Assembly (NCBI RefSeq): GCF_018350175.1
Contig: NC_058383.1
Location: 22,570,001-22,634,000 of the forward strand
Reading direction: 5' to 3'
Origin: Felis catus
Lineage: Eukaryota
Length of the DNA stretch: 64,000 nucleotides
A program made the translations under genes and the position numbers. Below the pieces are notes generated by a model. The model did no database searches and was not told the DNA's origin. It saw only the letters and a program-made list of their open reading frames with translations. This document shows, piece after piece, positions 1-58,472 of the stretch (its first letter is position 1; the number at the start of each line of letters is the position of its first letter).

Positions 1-123
1 TGGCGGCGCAGCCTTAAGCACTTGCCTCTGATGTCCTCAGCTCCAAGACACCCCAATAAACTAAAACTCAAGTAAAAACACGGTGCTTGCCAGCTGCTCC
101 TAAGCCCCTCCGGAATATAGAGC

Positions 124-293
124 AACTCTACTCAAAGCATATATGGTTCAGGGATCACCAGCATCACCATCACCTGGGAGCTTGTTAGAAAGAAAATTTC
201 AGGCCTTACTTACCCCAGACCTCCCGAGTGAGAAAGCTGCCTTTCAGTGTGAATGCCAGGTGATTCCCACACATCCTGATGTTTAAGAAGCAC
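124..293. mobile_element. MER5A-like hAT-Charlie MITE
   Basis: CAGCATCACCATCACCTGGGAGCTTGTTAGAAA and CCAGGTGATTC motifs. Confidence 0.7.
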
Positions 294-1117
294 GGTACCA
301 GGCACCCCCACAATGCAAGAAAGTTGTCTGGCTCGCTCATTGCTAGATTTCCCAGAGCCTGAAAGAGTGGACCCTCAGGTCTTTGGTCTGAGGAGGGATG
401 GCTGGTTGGCAGAATGCCTCGCAAGCCGGTAGGCCAAGGCCAAATTGTCCTGCAGGGGTGTTGTGTTTGGCCTCCCACATTTGAAAACTTGGATTCGTTT
501 ACAGCACTTAAAACTCAAGAGAGCTCACATAAAAATTCAGATTTGTGGCTTTTCCAAAAAAAAAAAAAAAAAAAGAAAAAAGAAAAAAAAGAAAAACAAA
601 ACTAGAGGCTCTGACAACTCTATACCCACATACCTTCCCTGTTTGCCGCTGTTCTCAGCCATCTCCCTCTGCCCATTTCCCTGACTTTCGAAAGTACTGG
701 AGTAGCAACCCTAGAACAGCAAAATACCCAGGTTAGAAGCGCTTTCTCTGTGCCCCTTGGCGCCCTATGATGTCTCTGATAGAGCCCAGCAAATATCAGC
801 CATATTATTGTAAGTATATCTTTACCTGCCTCCCAGTAAATGCAGAAGCAATGATGACATCTTTCCTAGCCCGTGTCCCAAACTCCCAGAGCAATGCCTA
901 GTAAAAAAGGGGGGTAACTGAAATGTTTGCTGAATAAAAGGAAGGTTTTTTACTTTTACTCTGGTGGTGTGTAATCTCTTTATTGAGGTTTAAGATATGT
1001 AGAAAGTGTATATATCATAACTGTACAGCTCAATGAATTTTCACAACTTGAACCCACCCCACATAAACAACACCAGACTGAGAAAGAGAACACTACCAAC
1101 ACCCCAGAAGTCGCCCT

Positions 1118-1697
1118 TGTTCGTGTTTTGGGAGTCCCCAAAGTGGCCCTCCCCCCCCCCCCCCCCCAGTTTGATGATTTGTTAGGAGACTCACAAGACT
1201 CAGCATATAGTCTTACTGACAACCGGCTATAAGTTATTACGGCAAAAGGCTACAAAGCAAAATCAGCAAACAGAAAAAGGTGCATAGCACAAAGCCCAGA
1301 GGAAACCAGGTACAAGCTTCCCAGAGCCTTCTCGCAGTATAGACACAAAGAATACTTAATTCCTCCAGCAATGAGTTATGACAGCAAGTGTGAAGTGTTA
1401 TTTGCCAGGGAAGCTCCTTAGAGGCTCAGTGCCCAGGGTTTTACACTGCTGGCCCAATAGGCTGGCCAAGTAGACACCCTCTGCCTGGCACATACCAAAA
1501 TGTTGGATTCCTGGAAGAAAAGCAGGCATTTAGCATAAACCATACTGTCTGCACAGTTTAGGCACAGTGAGCCATTCTTACTATTTAGGTAATGGTGAGA
1601 ACCCACTCAAAATCCAATTACCCAGATGCCAGCCAAGGGTCAGCCTTACAAACAAGGAGAGCAGTCTCAGGCTTACTGTGTTAACTCCCTTCTGCGC
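1118..1697. mobile_element. MER21-like solo LTR
   Basis: Recalled similarity to the MER21 consensus (GACTCACAAGACTCAGCATATAG...CAAAGCAAAATCAGCAAA...GGAAACCAGGTACAAGCTTCC). Confidence 0.65.
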
Positions 1698-2716
1698 TGT
1701 CCATCCCCTTGGCCCTTGGCCTTGGCTCATGCTTCTTTGCAGCAAATGTATTATCAGTAGGACCCCATGCAAAAAGATGAGCCCAAACTGCAGTGCTGAT
1801 CTGTTATGCCTGCCAGGGGTCCCGTTAACCATCAAAGTCTACTTTAGATATAATGTTATATGTCAACTATACCTCAATTAAAAAAAGAACAACAGTCTAT
1901 CTTAGAAAGCCAAGTGGCTTCCTCCCTAAACTTCTGTATGATTCATTTTTACCTGGCCCCAGGCACCAATTCAGGTACAGCACAGCTGTGGCCAGTAAGT
2001 TCAGGCTGATCTGAAGCCTTCCAGGGCTGAGGCAATGTGGTGACAGGGCACAAAGACATTAGTACAGTCCCAGAGGGCACATGGTCCCACTGGAAATGAG
2101 TTTTCAATGTTAGGGTACCTCAAGCAAGACATGTTAGGCAGTGAAGGGTAACAGGGCCCCCATTGTAAGCCTCTTACCACGGTTCTCCCACCCTAGGGCT
2201 TCCAGTCCAGTCTGGAAGATCCAGCCAGCCCTTGGTATTGGAAGAGCTGCGTGAAGGCAGTCAGTTCCAAACAATTCTATTTGTCTGTGATACAAGTGTC
2301 CCCATCTCATGAGTGTGCATTCTGTGTGGAAGTGCAGGGCCCTGGCCCCCTCTGTTGTCAGAGCCAGGGCTGCCTGGTGTGATCACAGGCTCAGCGGTCT
2401 GAACTCAAAGCACTCCAGAGCATGGAAAGGTAGCACTGGAGCTTTCCGTGAGGAAGAGGGAAAAGCTTCCAAGATTATAGATGCCCCCCACCATTTTCCC
2501 CAGGCTCTCCAAGGTGCCAGGACTTTGCCTTTTCATTGCTACAAAATCTGTAGGCCCCGCTGTTCAGCAACCCAACAACATTCTTCCAATCCCCTCTTAG
2601 TCTCCTCCAGGCTTTTTATCTGCAAAGGCTGTATACAAGAGACACAAATACATTTTTGCAGATAAACATTTTTATCTAACTTAACCAGAAAGACAAATTC
2701 AGGCATTGGTCAGGAT

Positions 2717-3327
2717 GTGTTACAGGGGTTGAATTGTGTCCCCTCTGCCATTCCTATGTTGAAGCCTTAACCCCCAGTACCTCTGAATTGTGACTCTATT
2801 GGGAGACAGGACTTTCAAAGAGCTGATTGAGGGGCACCTGGGTGGTGCAGTCGGTTAAGTGTCCGACTTCAGCCAGGTCACGATCTCGCAGTCTGTGAGT
2901 TCGAGCCCCGCGTCAGGCTCTGGGCTGATGGCTCGGAGCCTGGAGCCTGCTTCCGATTCTGTGTCTCCCTCTCTCTCTGCCCCTCCCCCGTTCATGCTCT
3001 CTCTCTCTCTGTCCCAAAAGTAAATAAAAGTTGAAAAAAAAAAAAAAAGAGCTGATTGAATTAAAATAGAATCACTAGGGTAGGCCCTCATCCAAACTGA
3101 CTGGTGTCCTTAGAAGAAGAGAAGATCAGGATACAGACAGCACAGAGGGGCGACTATGTCAGGACACGGTGAGAATCTATAAGCCAAGAGAGAGGGCTTG
3201 AGAGAAGTCAAACCCACCAATACCTTGGTCTAGGACTGCAGGCCTCTAGAACTGTGAGAGCACATATTTCTCTAATTTAAGCCCCCCAGTCTGAGGCATT
3301 TTGTTCTGGGAGCCCTGGCAGACTAGT
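2717..3327 (+). mobile_element. MLT1-type (MaLR) solo LTR, split by a SINE
   Basis: TTGAATTGTGTCCC start; CTCTAGAACTGTGAG...TTTAAGCCCCCCAGTCTG...TTTGTT end motifs. Confidence 0.75.
2831..3048 (+). mobile_element. Young felid Can-SINE (SINEC_Fc type) inserted in an MLT1 LTR
   Basis: tRNA-derived head, (CT)n, poly(A); TSD AAAGAGCTGATTGA at 2817-2830 and 3046-3059. Confidence 0.9.
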
Positions 3328-5459
3328 GGAGGATGAAAGCTTGAATTTTCAAAAGTTTCCAAATGGGTGTACATCATCTCCCATTCCTTTTATTCAGTGA
3401 ACAGCCTAGATCAATCCCTCTTGAGACAACTATATTCAAATAATGAACCTACCTTACTAGGTGTGTATGGGGGTGGGAGGGTGCAGTAAGGAAATAGAAT
3501 CAGGCTATCAGCCCACTGTGGTTAAGCTGCAACTAGTCTAGAAAGCCGAACACAAGTCAATACCAGTGAGACATCCTTGCCAGGAAGGCCCAGAGTCTGA
3601 TCTTCAACAGCAGGTGGAGGGGTCACAGTCCCTGTGATGTGCCCTCCCCCAACATTGGCAGGGATCACAAATCAGGATGCAGGTAGCCTCCGCATTGGCG
3701 ACAAAGAGCTGACCAGCAGCTTGATTGTAGATGGTCCCATCAGAGAATAAGCCTTCTCCTGTGGGCATGTGTATGTGGCCCGGCGGTCCGGCCAGCATCC
3801 ACGATGTAGGTCTTCATAATGAGAGCTCTACAGAAGGGGTCCTAAACCTTCAACAGTCCCAGGGTCTGAGTCCTATTCATGGAGCCTGTGTCTGCTTCCA
3901 GGTCAGCACAGCTCCTGCTGGGGCTGAAACAGCTCACAGAGGCCAGTTTTCAGCTTAGTCACATGCAGACTTTTACAATTAGTGAATCTGGGATTCCAAG
4001 AGAGCCAGCTGCTTTTCTTTGGCTTCTTGCAGAAAGTCATACTGCAGTACCAGACAGCCATGGTCCAAGTCCAAGTGACAAGCAAGGCTTCCTTTTCATG
4101 TTGTCAGTCTGACCCACTCAAAACCATGTACATCATGCTGGCCTGGCATCAGCCTCTAGGCGTTGGACATTTCACCTAGGGCTCACTGGCAGTGCAACTG
4201 CTTTTTCAAATTCCAAATGTGCGTTTCCATCCAGAAATTGCTTCTCTTTTCATGTTGTCTCCCCTTCCAGAGGTTCCAACAGACACAAATCATAGCAAAA
4301 ATCAACAGTTACATGAAAACTTGTTCTGGTTCCAACGCTCAAAGAATTTAAACTCCAACACACCCGCCAGAAGCTGTATCTCACCAACACCTTCTTAATT
4401 TTTTTTTTTTTTGCATCTTTCTTTGATTGGGATGATCCCTCTAGCATTTATGAAACTGTGAAGTATGTGACATTTTAAACCAGTTTTATATTTCCAGATA
4501 CAAGAGCTACAAAATACAAAATCATTTTTAAAAACTTCCCTTGTTTCCTCATTGCAAATTTACTCAAACCCCTAGCAGTAAATTCAGCATCAAGAGAACT
4601 GTTAATTACAGGCCTGAAGTGCTAACTCTTTTCTGCAGAGGCAGAAACAACCCCCACAAGATAAGACTTTTAAGCAATGGAATCAACCAATAATACATTT
4701 GAAGGCCACTGAGTACCCACTGCATGTATATTCCATTTATTCCATTTAGAAATGGACACACACTTAAAAGACAAAGCATTGGGCACCTGGGTGGCTCGGT
4801 CAGTTAAGCATCCGACTTCGGCTCAGGTCATCTCACAACTCATGAATTCGAGCCCCGCATCGGGCTCTGTGCTGACAGCTCGGAGACTGGAGCCTGCTTT
4901 GGATTCTGTGTCTCCCTGTCTCTCTGCCCCTCCCCCCTCCCATACTCTGTCTCTGTCTCTCAAAAATGAATAAACATACAAAAAAAGAATAAAGAAATGA
5001 CAACGCATTGAAAAAACAGTAATTCCCTTTGACGTTTAGCAACTGTTTTCTTTTTCATATTCCCTTCTAGCTCTTGTCAACACGGAGTTTCCATTGATAC
5101 AGCTGCAGTGATGCCACATTAATACAATCATCTACAGAGCGTCAGTGATACTAACAGTGAGCCCTCACTGAGCACTCTGCATATACCAGGCATGGGGCTA
5201 ACAGCTTTACGGAGATGATCTCACTGCATCCTCAAAAAGACCTTATTCCCATTTTGAAGATGAGGACACGGGCACTTCCGGATGAGGTTACTGCCCGAGG
5301 TCCTGTAGCCAGGGAATTGCAACCCAACTCTGCTGACTCCGGAGTACGCCTCATCCTGCCTCTGGGGGCCTTGTCAGTCTGGCCAGCCGCAAATCCCAGA
5401 CTCACTTGTTCACTCCCTCCCTCCCTCCCTCCTTACCAACAAGCAATACGATATATTGG

Positions 5460-5700
5460 TTAAACTGAAGAACTCTGGGTTCAAACCCTCCTCCTTATAA
5501 GCTGTGTGACATTGGGCAAGTTACTTAACCTCTCTGTGCCTCTATTTCCATGTCTATAAAATGGGGATACTTAAAGTGCCCATCTTCTAGGATTCTATCT
5601 GTGATGTGCCCATCTCCAAAGGTTCTTGTAAAGAGCGTCTATGAGGACAGCACTTGAGACACACCGGGGACATAGTCATGTCAGTTGTTGCTATTATTAT
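5460..5700 (+). mobile_element. MIR element. Representative: further MIR remnants near 6240-6420, 6570-6810, 10970-11200, 21030-21250, 37650-37870 and 57550-57710
   Basis: Core GCTGTGTGACATTGGGCAAGTTACTTAACCTCTCTGTGCCTC...TAAAATGGGGATA. Confidence 0.8.
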
Positions 5701-7949
5701 TGAAACAAAAAGAACCTGTACCTACTCCCAGGGAGCTCAGAGTCTCCAAGAGGCCTTAGAGTTTCTGAGTCTCAGATTTCCTTATTCTCCCCCTCTGGCC
5801 CTACTGCTTTCGCAGGCTCTCGCTGTTCCCATGCGAAGTCAGAAAGTGCACTCAGCAGACACCGAAGGTTGAGATGAATACAGCTGAAAAGAGGGATGTT
5901 GGTAGGGCCCAGAAAGACCATGGCCGAATGTCTAGACCCAAGGTCTGAAAGCCAGAGAGGGTGTGGACTCCATTCTTGTGTCTCTTCTCTTGGACGATTT
6001 TCTTATGCATCGACCATATGTGTGATGCCCAGCAGACTTAAAGATACAGAACAAGCCATCTCCTCTCCTCGGGGAAGCAGGTCGTCCTGCGCTAACTCTT
6101 CTTGCTCCAGGGTCTGGGTCAGAGTGCCTAATGAAAAGTAGGTGTGCCCAACTCACCAGCAAAAACTTCAGGAAAACAAAGAATTAACTGACTGGGCAGC
6201 AAGGATGGTCCTCAGCATCAAGTGCCTTGGAGGCTCAGGATACTGGGGGACTGCATAAAACATGGATTCTAGCTCAGTCATTAATTAGCTTTGTGACACT
6301 GGGAAAGTTGGCTTAACCCTTCTGAAGATCAGTTTCCTCCTCTGAATAATGAGTTCTAAAAATCCCTACTTTTTTGACAGGAAGATTAAATGTTTTCTAA
6401 TAAGTGCCTGGAATCTGGTAAGTGCAAAGCAAGGAAGGGTGATTTCTGTTTCCCATCTCTTCTTTGTGGTGGATTGATTATAAATGAGCTGATGTTCTTT
6501 CTAAATTTAAAAATACGTAAGAATGCTGTACCTTACACTATGAAGGATTTTACTCAAGATTTTTCACTTACTAATAATAGTTGTTACAAACTACCAGTCA
6601 CTAAGCACTTACCCTGAGCCAGGGCTCCTGCTTTACACGTCTGAGTGCATTTAAATCCTCATAACAACTCCTAGGCATCTTCCCCATTTTATCGATGAGA
6701 AATCTGAGGTTCCACAAGGGGAGATAACTTGCCCAAAGTCACAAGGCTAGTACACAGCAGGGCTGGGGTTTGATCTTCCTGCCTCCAGTGCCCACTCTTC
6801 ACCACTGTGACCTGCAAAAGGGTCCCCAGGCCTCCATTGGGGAACTCTGTTTCTTTGGCTTTCTCTCCCCTACTAAGCTATAACATCCCTACCGACAGGA
6901 TCTGGCTCCATCTTATTGTCTACTGTATCTCCAGGGGCTAGGGCACCGCCGGGCACTCAGCAGTGGCTCAAAAGGTATTTGGTAAATGAGCAAATGAGTG
7001 ATATAGCATGTGCTCAGGGCCCCGCCTTCCGAGCCCTAAAGGTAGCAAGTGCATATTCTAGAAAAGCACATTAGTGGGGGCTCTAGAAGTGTTCCAGTGA
7101 TCATAGACTTGGAGAAACTGGTCCAAGCTGGCAGGACACTTTGTTGACAACTTTTTTGAAATAATCAAGCCTTAACACAATGTTTCAACACTGCCAATGT
7201 CATTACAGGGGCCTTGCAACTCCATTGAAGCTACCCCCTGGGGATCAGCCAGCTAGCTCTGATCACCCAAGGCAACCATCCAGGTCCATTAATGTCAATT
7301 TGTCCTAGAGAATGGCTGAGGGCAAGTCAGAATGTGTCTGGGGCTCCATGTTCTGGACTCTTGTGGGCTCTCACTGGCCACATCAATACACCAAGAAAGA
7401 CCTACCTAGCCACCAAGATCCCTTCTTTATAGCTGAGAAACTTCCAAGGATGTATTAAATAGAAGTAATGTTTGTCTGATTCACTTCAAGTCTGCCATTA
7501 CCCACATGGGTCAGTGACTAAGAAAGGAAGCGTGGCCTCAGGCTCTGAGTGAAATGGCCCATGCAGAAGTGACTAATTCTGAAGCCACTGCACATCCCAA
7601 ACAACCACAGTAACCCTGTGCAACCACATGCACCAGAATCAGTCAACAGAAGGCACACGAGTCAGTCATTCAACCTTGCCCCCTGTACCTGGGATCTTGC
7701 AACATAACACTTATCTAGGCTGGGTAGGGACTGAGGGGAGGAGGGGCTCACCCCATTAAGTATGGGCTGGATACCCACAGGCTCACATCTGACTCCTCAG
7801 GAGCTCACAGCTAGTGTGGGCTCAGACAAGAACACAAGTACGTAACTAGAATTCTACCTAGACCTTGACAAGGGCTCCTCTAACAAGGTGCTATGGGGTC
7901 CACAAGGAAGAAGTTCCAGGCAGAGGAGCATCCTCTAACTGGCTCTTTA

Positions 7950-8108
7950 TTATTATTACTTATTTTTTTAAGTTGGCTCCATGCTGGACATGGAAGCCTG
8001 AACTCCCAACCCTGAGATCAAGACCTGAGCTGAAGGGTGCCTAGGTGGCTCAGTTGGTTGAGCATCTGACACTTTTTTTTTAATGTTTATTTATTTTTGA
8101 GAGAGAGG

Positions 8109-8165
<57 letters not shown>

Positions 8166-8785
8166 TGAGCGAGGGGCAGAGAGAGATGTGGAAACAGAAT
8201 CCAAAGTAGGCTCCAGGCTCTGAGCTGTCAGCACAGAGCCCGACATGGGGCTCGAATCCACGAACCTTGAGATCATGACCTGAGCTGAAGTCGGACGCTT
8301 AACCGACTGAGCCACCCAGGCGCCCTGAGCGTCTGACTCTAGATTTCAGCTCAGGTTATGATCTCGTGGTTCATGGGATCAAGTCATGGTGGGTCAGGCT
8401 CTGTGCTGGCAGCACAGAGCCTGCTTGGGATTCTCTCTCTCCTTCTTTCTCTACCCCTCCCCTGCTCATGCTCTCTCCCCCTCAAAATAAATAAACATAA
8501 AAAGAAAACAGAGGGGTGCCTGGGTGGCTCAGTCGGTTAAGCATCGACTTTGGCTCAGATCATGATCTTGCAGTTCATGAATTCAAGTCCCACATCAGCT
8601 CTGTGCTAACAGCTCAGAGGCTGGAGCCTGCTTCTGATTCTGTGTCTCCCTCTCTCTCTGCCCCTCTCCTGTTCATGCTCTGTCTGTCTCTCTCTCTCAA
8701 AAATAAACATTAAAAAAAAAAAAAAAAGACCTGAGCTGAGATCAAGAGTTGGACGCTTAACCAACTGAGCCACCCAAGTGACCCT
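7950..8785. mobile_element. Cluster of four nested Can-SINEs
   Basis: Interrupted SINE halves rejoin across TSDs TGGCTCTTTAT, AAGACCTGAGCTGA and TGAGC(A/G)TCTGAC. Confidence 0.85.
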
Positions 8786-11700
8786 AAATGGCTCTTTATC
8801 AACACTTCACTTTAGCTAAGCAACATCCTCCCTGTGCCAGGCCCAGGTACAACCAGAGGCATCCCACCCCCAAGACCAAGGGTAATGAGAGATTGGACAG
8901 GCAGTAAGAGTAGGCAGGTAAACAGAGGGCAGTGAAGACAAGTGGAGAAAAGGAAGAGGCCTGAACTGGACAGCAGGTGATTTTTCCTGCCCGGCATCCA
9001 TTCATCCCCTCTTCTGGCAACATCACCACAGCCACCCAACACCAACTCTCGAGCCATGTGAGGATGTGTCCCTGGTCTAGGCAATCAGTGCATTCTACCT
9101 TCCTGGCCACAGTGATTACTTGAGGCTGAATACATCCCAGGTTTGGACCAATGACAGCCAGGTCCAGGGGTTCTGTTGGGGAAAGGGAGCTTTTTCTACC
9201 AATAACTGGAGCTACAGGGTAACTCGTGAAGCCTGAGAATGAAGCCAGCTCAAAGGAAAGCAGAGTCAAGAACCGAAGAGACAGATCCCTGATGATGCTG
9301 TTGTGAGTCTTGGAATATGGCTTGAAGCCTAACCTGGCCCTGGCCTTATCAGCTACATGAGCCAATTAATTTCCCCTGTCCCCTAAGACAACTGGAAAGA
9401 GTCCCAGCCGAGGTCTCTCCCATCTGTCTGCTCTTCGGAGAGTATTGTGAAGACAAGGAGACTTTCTTCTCTGGGGTTTTAAAGGTAATTATCTAGTGAC
9501 AGATTGTCCCTGGGGTGAGAGCCACCATGGAGACAGAGTCCAGCTGGCCTTTCCTAGGACACATATGATCACCAACATCCTTTCCAACAGTATCAGTAAC
9601 GAGTAATTATAGACTCGTTTACTATTTGTAGTAGCTATCATTTGTCTGCCCAGCATCTTGTTTTGGTGATGGGTTCTGCTGTTCCTCAGCCATGGGGGGA
9701 TGGAGGAAAGCTCATGACCTACATCAGGTTTATCATAGGGCTGCACACCCTAGGGCAGTGATTAATCCAAGAGGGTATGGGACTCGCCAGAAACCACTGA
9801 GGACCTTTCTATAAGGATTTTCCAAATTAGAACTGGGGGGAAGAAGCCTCTCTCTCAGGGCTAGTAAGCTGGGAGGGTAGAATCTGGAGCAGTCAGCTGC
9901 CATGGGCTCCAATGCATGAGAGAACCCGCTTGCAGTAGGAGAAAAGGAAGCCAACACAGACCTGGGAGAGCTTGCTTACTGTTTCCCTGTGCCCAATCTC
10001 CCCCTCTCCCTTTTACTGTTAGAATCTCCTTCCTCAGAGTTTTAGCTATGCAGCCAGTGACTAAATTTGCCTCCTCCCTTGTAGCTAAATGTGGTCACGT
10101 GACAAGATAGTAGGACCTTGGGTATTTGATGGTTTCCTGGAGCCCACACCTATCTGCGCTGAACAACCTGACTATCCCCACACTGCTAGGTGAGAGAAAG
10201 CCACTGTAGTTCAGTGGTCTCTTTGTTACAGCAGCCCAGTCTGTACCTTTACTAACGTACAGTTGAAAAAGAAATAGAAAACAAAGAGCCACATTGGGTT
10301 TCAGTCTCTGGATATAATTATCCCTGCAATGATAATGTTATTACTTGCAGAGTGCTAGGAACGATCTTTAATGTCTACATATAGTACCTCATTTAATCAG
10401 AACCAATTCTACGGGGGTGCCATTGTCATCCCCATTGTACAGCTTAGGGTACAGGGCAGAGAGATTAAGTAACTTGCCCAAGGTTCACATTACGTTGCTT
10501 CCGAAGCTAACCTTTTCCATGATCTGTTGTGTAAGCCAATAAAACCCCTTTCTACTTAAACTGGCTCGGGCTGGATTTCTGTCACTTGCAACAAAGCATT
10601 CTAACTGGATTTTTATCTAATCTAGCTTGCAGATTCCTCTATAGAGTGCCAACTATATGGTATAGAATTTTAAGACACTATTTACTGACTGCAAGCAAGA
10701 CACAGTTCCCATGAAACCTGCTCCCATTTAGCTCTTAAACGACCACTGCAGCTACAAGACAGCAAGGCACGTTGCAAGGAGACAGTCTTCTCAGGGGGAC
10801 ACTGGGCTTCCTGCCTGGGGCAGCCACTGCTGGATGGTTCATCCCATACCCACTCCCAACCCCCTTTCCCTTGCCTGCCTGAAAAAGCAAAATACTTTCT
10901 CAGCTTTCTGAACAGTGAGGGCTGGCTGAATGATACAATTTTGGGCAATGAAAGGTTTTACAACAGAGAGGAATTCCAGCATAGTGATGAAAAGTATGGG
11001 CTCTACATGCAGACTGCCTTGACTCACCATCCCATCAGATGTACAAATTTGAGCATTTTACTTAACCTCTGTTCCTTGGGGAAGAGTAATGGTACCTACC
11101 CCTGGTGGTGGTGAGGACTAAAGAAGTTAATAAATGTGCAGAAGTCAGAAGAGTGCCTGGTACATGGGGGAACACTATGTAAATATTAGTGACTGCCATT
11201 TTTATCACCTGTATGTGCCAAAGGTGGAACCGCCTCGAAGGTGTATCATTCCGTAGAAGCAGCAAGGTGCAAAGCTGCACGCCTACTGTGTGCTCACAGT
11301 TGTATGAATACACAGGCTGCGGTATGCATTTGTATCTGCTGCTGCATGCAGACAGTCTCTGGTAGGACACACCAAAACCTGTTCAGAGTAGTTGCCCCTG
11401 GGCAGTAGAATGTGCAATCGGGGTTCTAGACTGGGAAGTTCTACTTCACTGCATGTCCCTTTTCCACTAACTGGATTGGGTTTTTGGAATCTCGTACATG
11501 AGTTACTCAAGGCTTTTAAAATTGTGTTGAAGAAGCTTTTAAAAGATCCCACTTTCTCTTAATTTTCACTGTTCACCCACAAGATGGGCAGTCAAAAAAT
11601 CATATGTCAATTACATTTCAGTGAAGCTGGAAGAAATAAGTTGAAAAAGAAAATGGACAGTTGCATAAAGTGGTACGCTTCCTTCTGGAGGTATTCAAAC

Positions 11701-12255
11701 ACAGGCTGGATGGTAATGTTAGACATGCCCTGCAGGATTTCACTAGCTAACAAGAGGGTAGTTTAGACAGCAACAAAGCTCTGCCAATTCCAAGATCTGC
11801 CTTTATGGTGGCACGAAAGGAGAAGTGAGTTGGGGGAGATGCCAGGAAATGACATCAATCAATCATAACAAGGTAAAAAACTGCAACCATCACAGACTAC
11901 TGATATCAAGTAGGACGCACAGCAGATGTGCTCCAAGGGCAAGCCTAGTCTCATCTTACCAGGGCACAGCTGAGTAACATGGCTATGTTGTCAGATAGGC
12001 ATGGGGGGTGACTCCTGGGTCAGTCACTTCTTCATTGTATGAACTGGACCAGTTACCTAAGATCTTTGAGTTTTTTTCTCATCTGTAAAATGGGAACAAC
12101 ATCCACCTTACTGGGTTGGTGTGAACCGTAAGCAGACCAGTGAATGTCAAGTCTGTAGCAGGGCACCAGGAGTGCAGTAAAGTGCCCAAGGAACTGAGGT
12201 AGCCATGACTGGAGATAGAGAAGGATCACCTTCAAATAATCTTTGAAGTCAATCT

Positions 12256-13505
12256 TTTAATGCACAAACAAAAAAAAAGACAAACCAGAAAATTGTTTTA
12301 TATTGACGTAGTAGAGATCATCACATGTAGACACTTTAACCCCACAACCAGATATTAAGTTAGGACAGCTCCTGATAGACCTTAATCTTCAAGGCTGAAC
12401 TATCCTACCCTGTTCACAGCAGAATCAGAGCATTGAGCAAAGCCAAGCTTCTCAGGCCTTCCCTTCTAAATCCTTTTAGACCAAGAGGTCAGAGCAGAAC
12501 CAAGCAGGATTGTGTTATTACCCAAGAGATGGTAAGAACAGCACTGGTAAATTCATTTACTCCTTGGGAGTCTGTGCCCACAGAATGATTTAAGAGGCCC
12601 CTGTATATATACATGATCGGGTCCAGGTACAAATATTTCGGTCTTACCTGTGACGTTTATGGCAAATATAGCGCGGGTGAATGGTTCTGGTTAGAGAACA
12701 ATTGTCACAAATGCTACGTCTTCAAGGAAATAAGGCATATGTTGCTGCCTCTAAATACTGTGAGGCAAGGAGGACTGCCAGACTAGCCCGTCCACGTGGG
12801 AGACTCAAACCTGGGTCTTTGCAAAAATAAAACCTGGGTGCTGAGGGCCTCCCCTCTAGTGAAAGCCAAAGGCCCTAGATCAGAATGCTAGAAAGTCTTT
12901 TATTCATCACCCTGGGTTAAAAGGACAGTTAAGGTCATTTTGGGAAGGAGAGAAATGCTAACCAACCCTCCCTTGAAGTTTCAGTAGCAAACAGGAATCT
13001 GGGCTCTGAAAAGTCACACTTTTTCCCCCCATGAGCAACTGGGGCGACTGGCCAAATGTGTTAGCTCAGGAAAGCCGAGAGCGATCCATGTGAGCAGCTA
13101 ATGGCTGAGAGCAGCACACCAGCTCCATGACCTCCACGCTGGGACAGTGCTGCGCTCGGCGGGCCTATTTCAGCAGGATCCAGTCATCCACGGGACCAAG
13201 GGGTGGGAGTGTTGGGAACAGATGATTCTGTGTTCCACAGATAATGGTATGGAGTGACTGTTAATAGATAAGGTTTAAGTACAGCATTTGGACACAATGC
13301 CTCCAGGCGTTCTGTTATTAAAGTCTTAAGAGCTTAGAACCTGGAAGGATTGAGAAATTCTAAAGAATTAAACAAAACCAGACAAACAAAAAAAGAGGGT
13401 GGAAGATATCAAAGACACTAGAGCTCTTTGTAGATGCTGGCTGGCTCACTTTGTCCCCAAGTTCATCTTAGAGCTCAACCAAATTCGAGACACAAGGCAG
13501 AGATG
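12256..13505 (-). other. DCTN5: DCTN5 3' UTR (probable proximal part) with candidate poly(A) signals AATAAA (12904-12899) and ATTAAA (12261-12256)
   Basis: Repeat-poor sequence after the stop codon; both hexamers read on the minus strand. The true 3' end cannot be determined from sequence alone. Confidence 0.55.
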
Positions 13506-31211
<17,706 letters not shown>

Positions 31212-31595
31212 TGCCACCAACTTCTTTCCGCAGCTCCCGCTCCTGTCAAAGCCGCCAGCCGGTCAGTCTGACTGGGATTCGGACTACTTCCGGCCGCTCC
31301 TCCACTTCCGCCCTGGGCGTCCGGCGCTCTCATCCGCAGCTCGGCTCTCCTCTAGGCGGCCCCGCTCCCTTACTCGGCCGTCTCCGGCTGCTCATGCGCA
31401 GGCTAAGCGGTGGATGTAATTGGCTGTGGGTGACGGCGCGCCAAGCCCGCATGTGCCACCTGGTAGCGCCCTGGGGAAGATCCCGGGCGCAGAGTTTCCT
31501 TCCCGGGTGCCTCCGGGGCCCAAGGCCAGCCGGCATCCTCGTGTCTGCAGGCCCGGGGCCGGCGACGGCTGTTCCTTCCGTTCGGCCGCGGCCCG

Positions 31596-58472
<26,877 letters not shown>

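Noticed and set aside
1..120. Possible proximity to PLK1 (left edge) and NDUFAB1 (right edge), expected from human synteny
   Set aside because: No exon of either gene is recognisable within the window.
1147..1168. Long poly-C run (potential G-quadruplex on the minus strand)
   Set aside because: Homopolymer expansion inside an LTR; length unreliable and no evidence of function.
4190..4250. WMETHIWNLKK resembles the POP1 motif WLETHIWHAKR
   Set aside because: Similarity does not extend to either side; probably chance.
8799..9365. 188-aa minus-strand ORF
   Set aside because: Overlaps old MLT-like LTR sequence; no recognisable domain or splice context.
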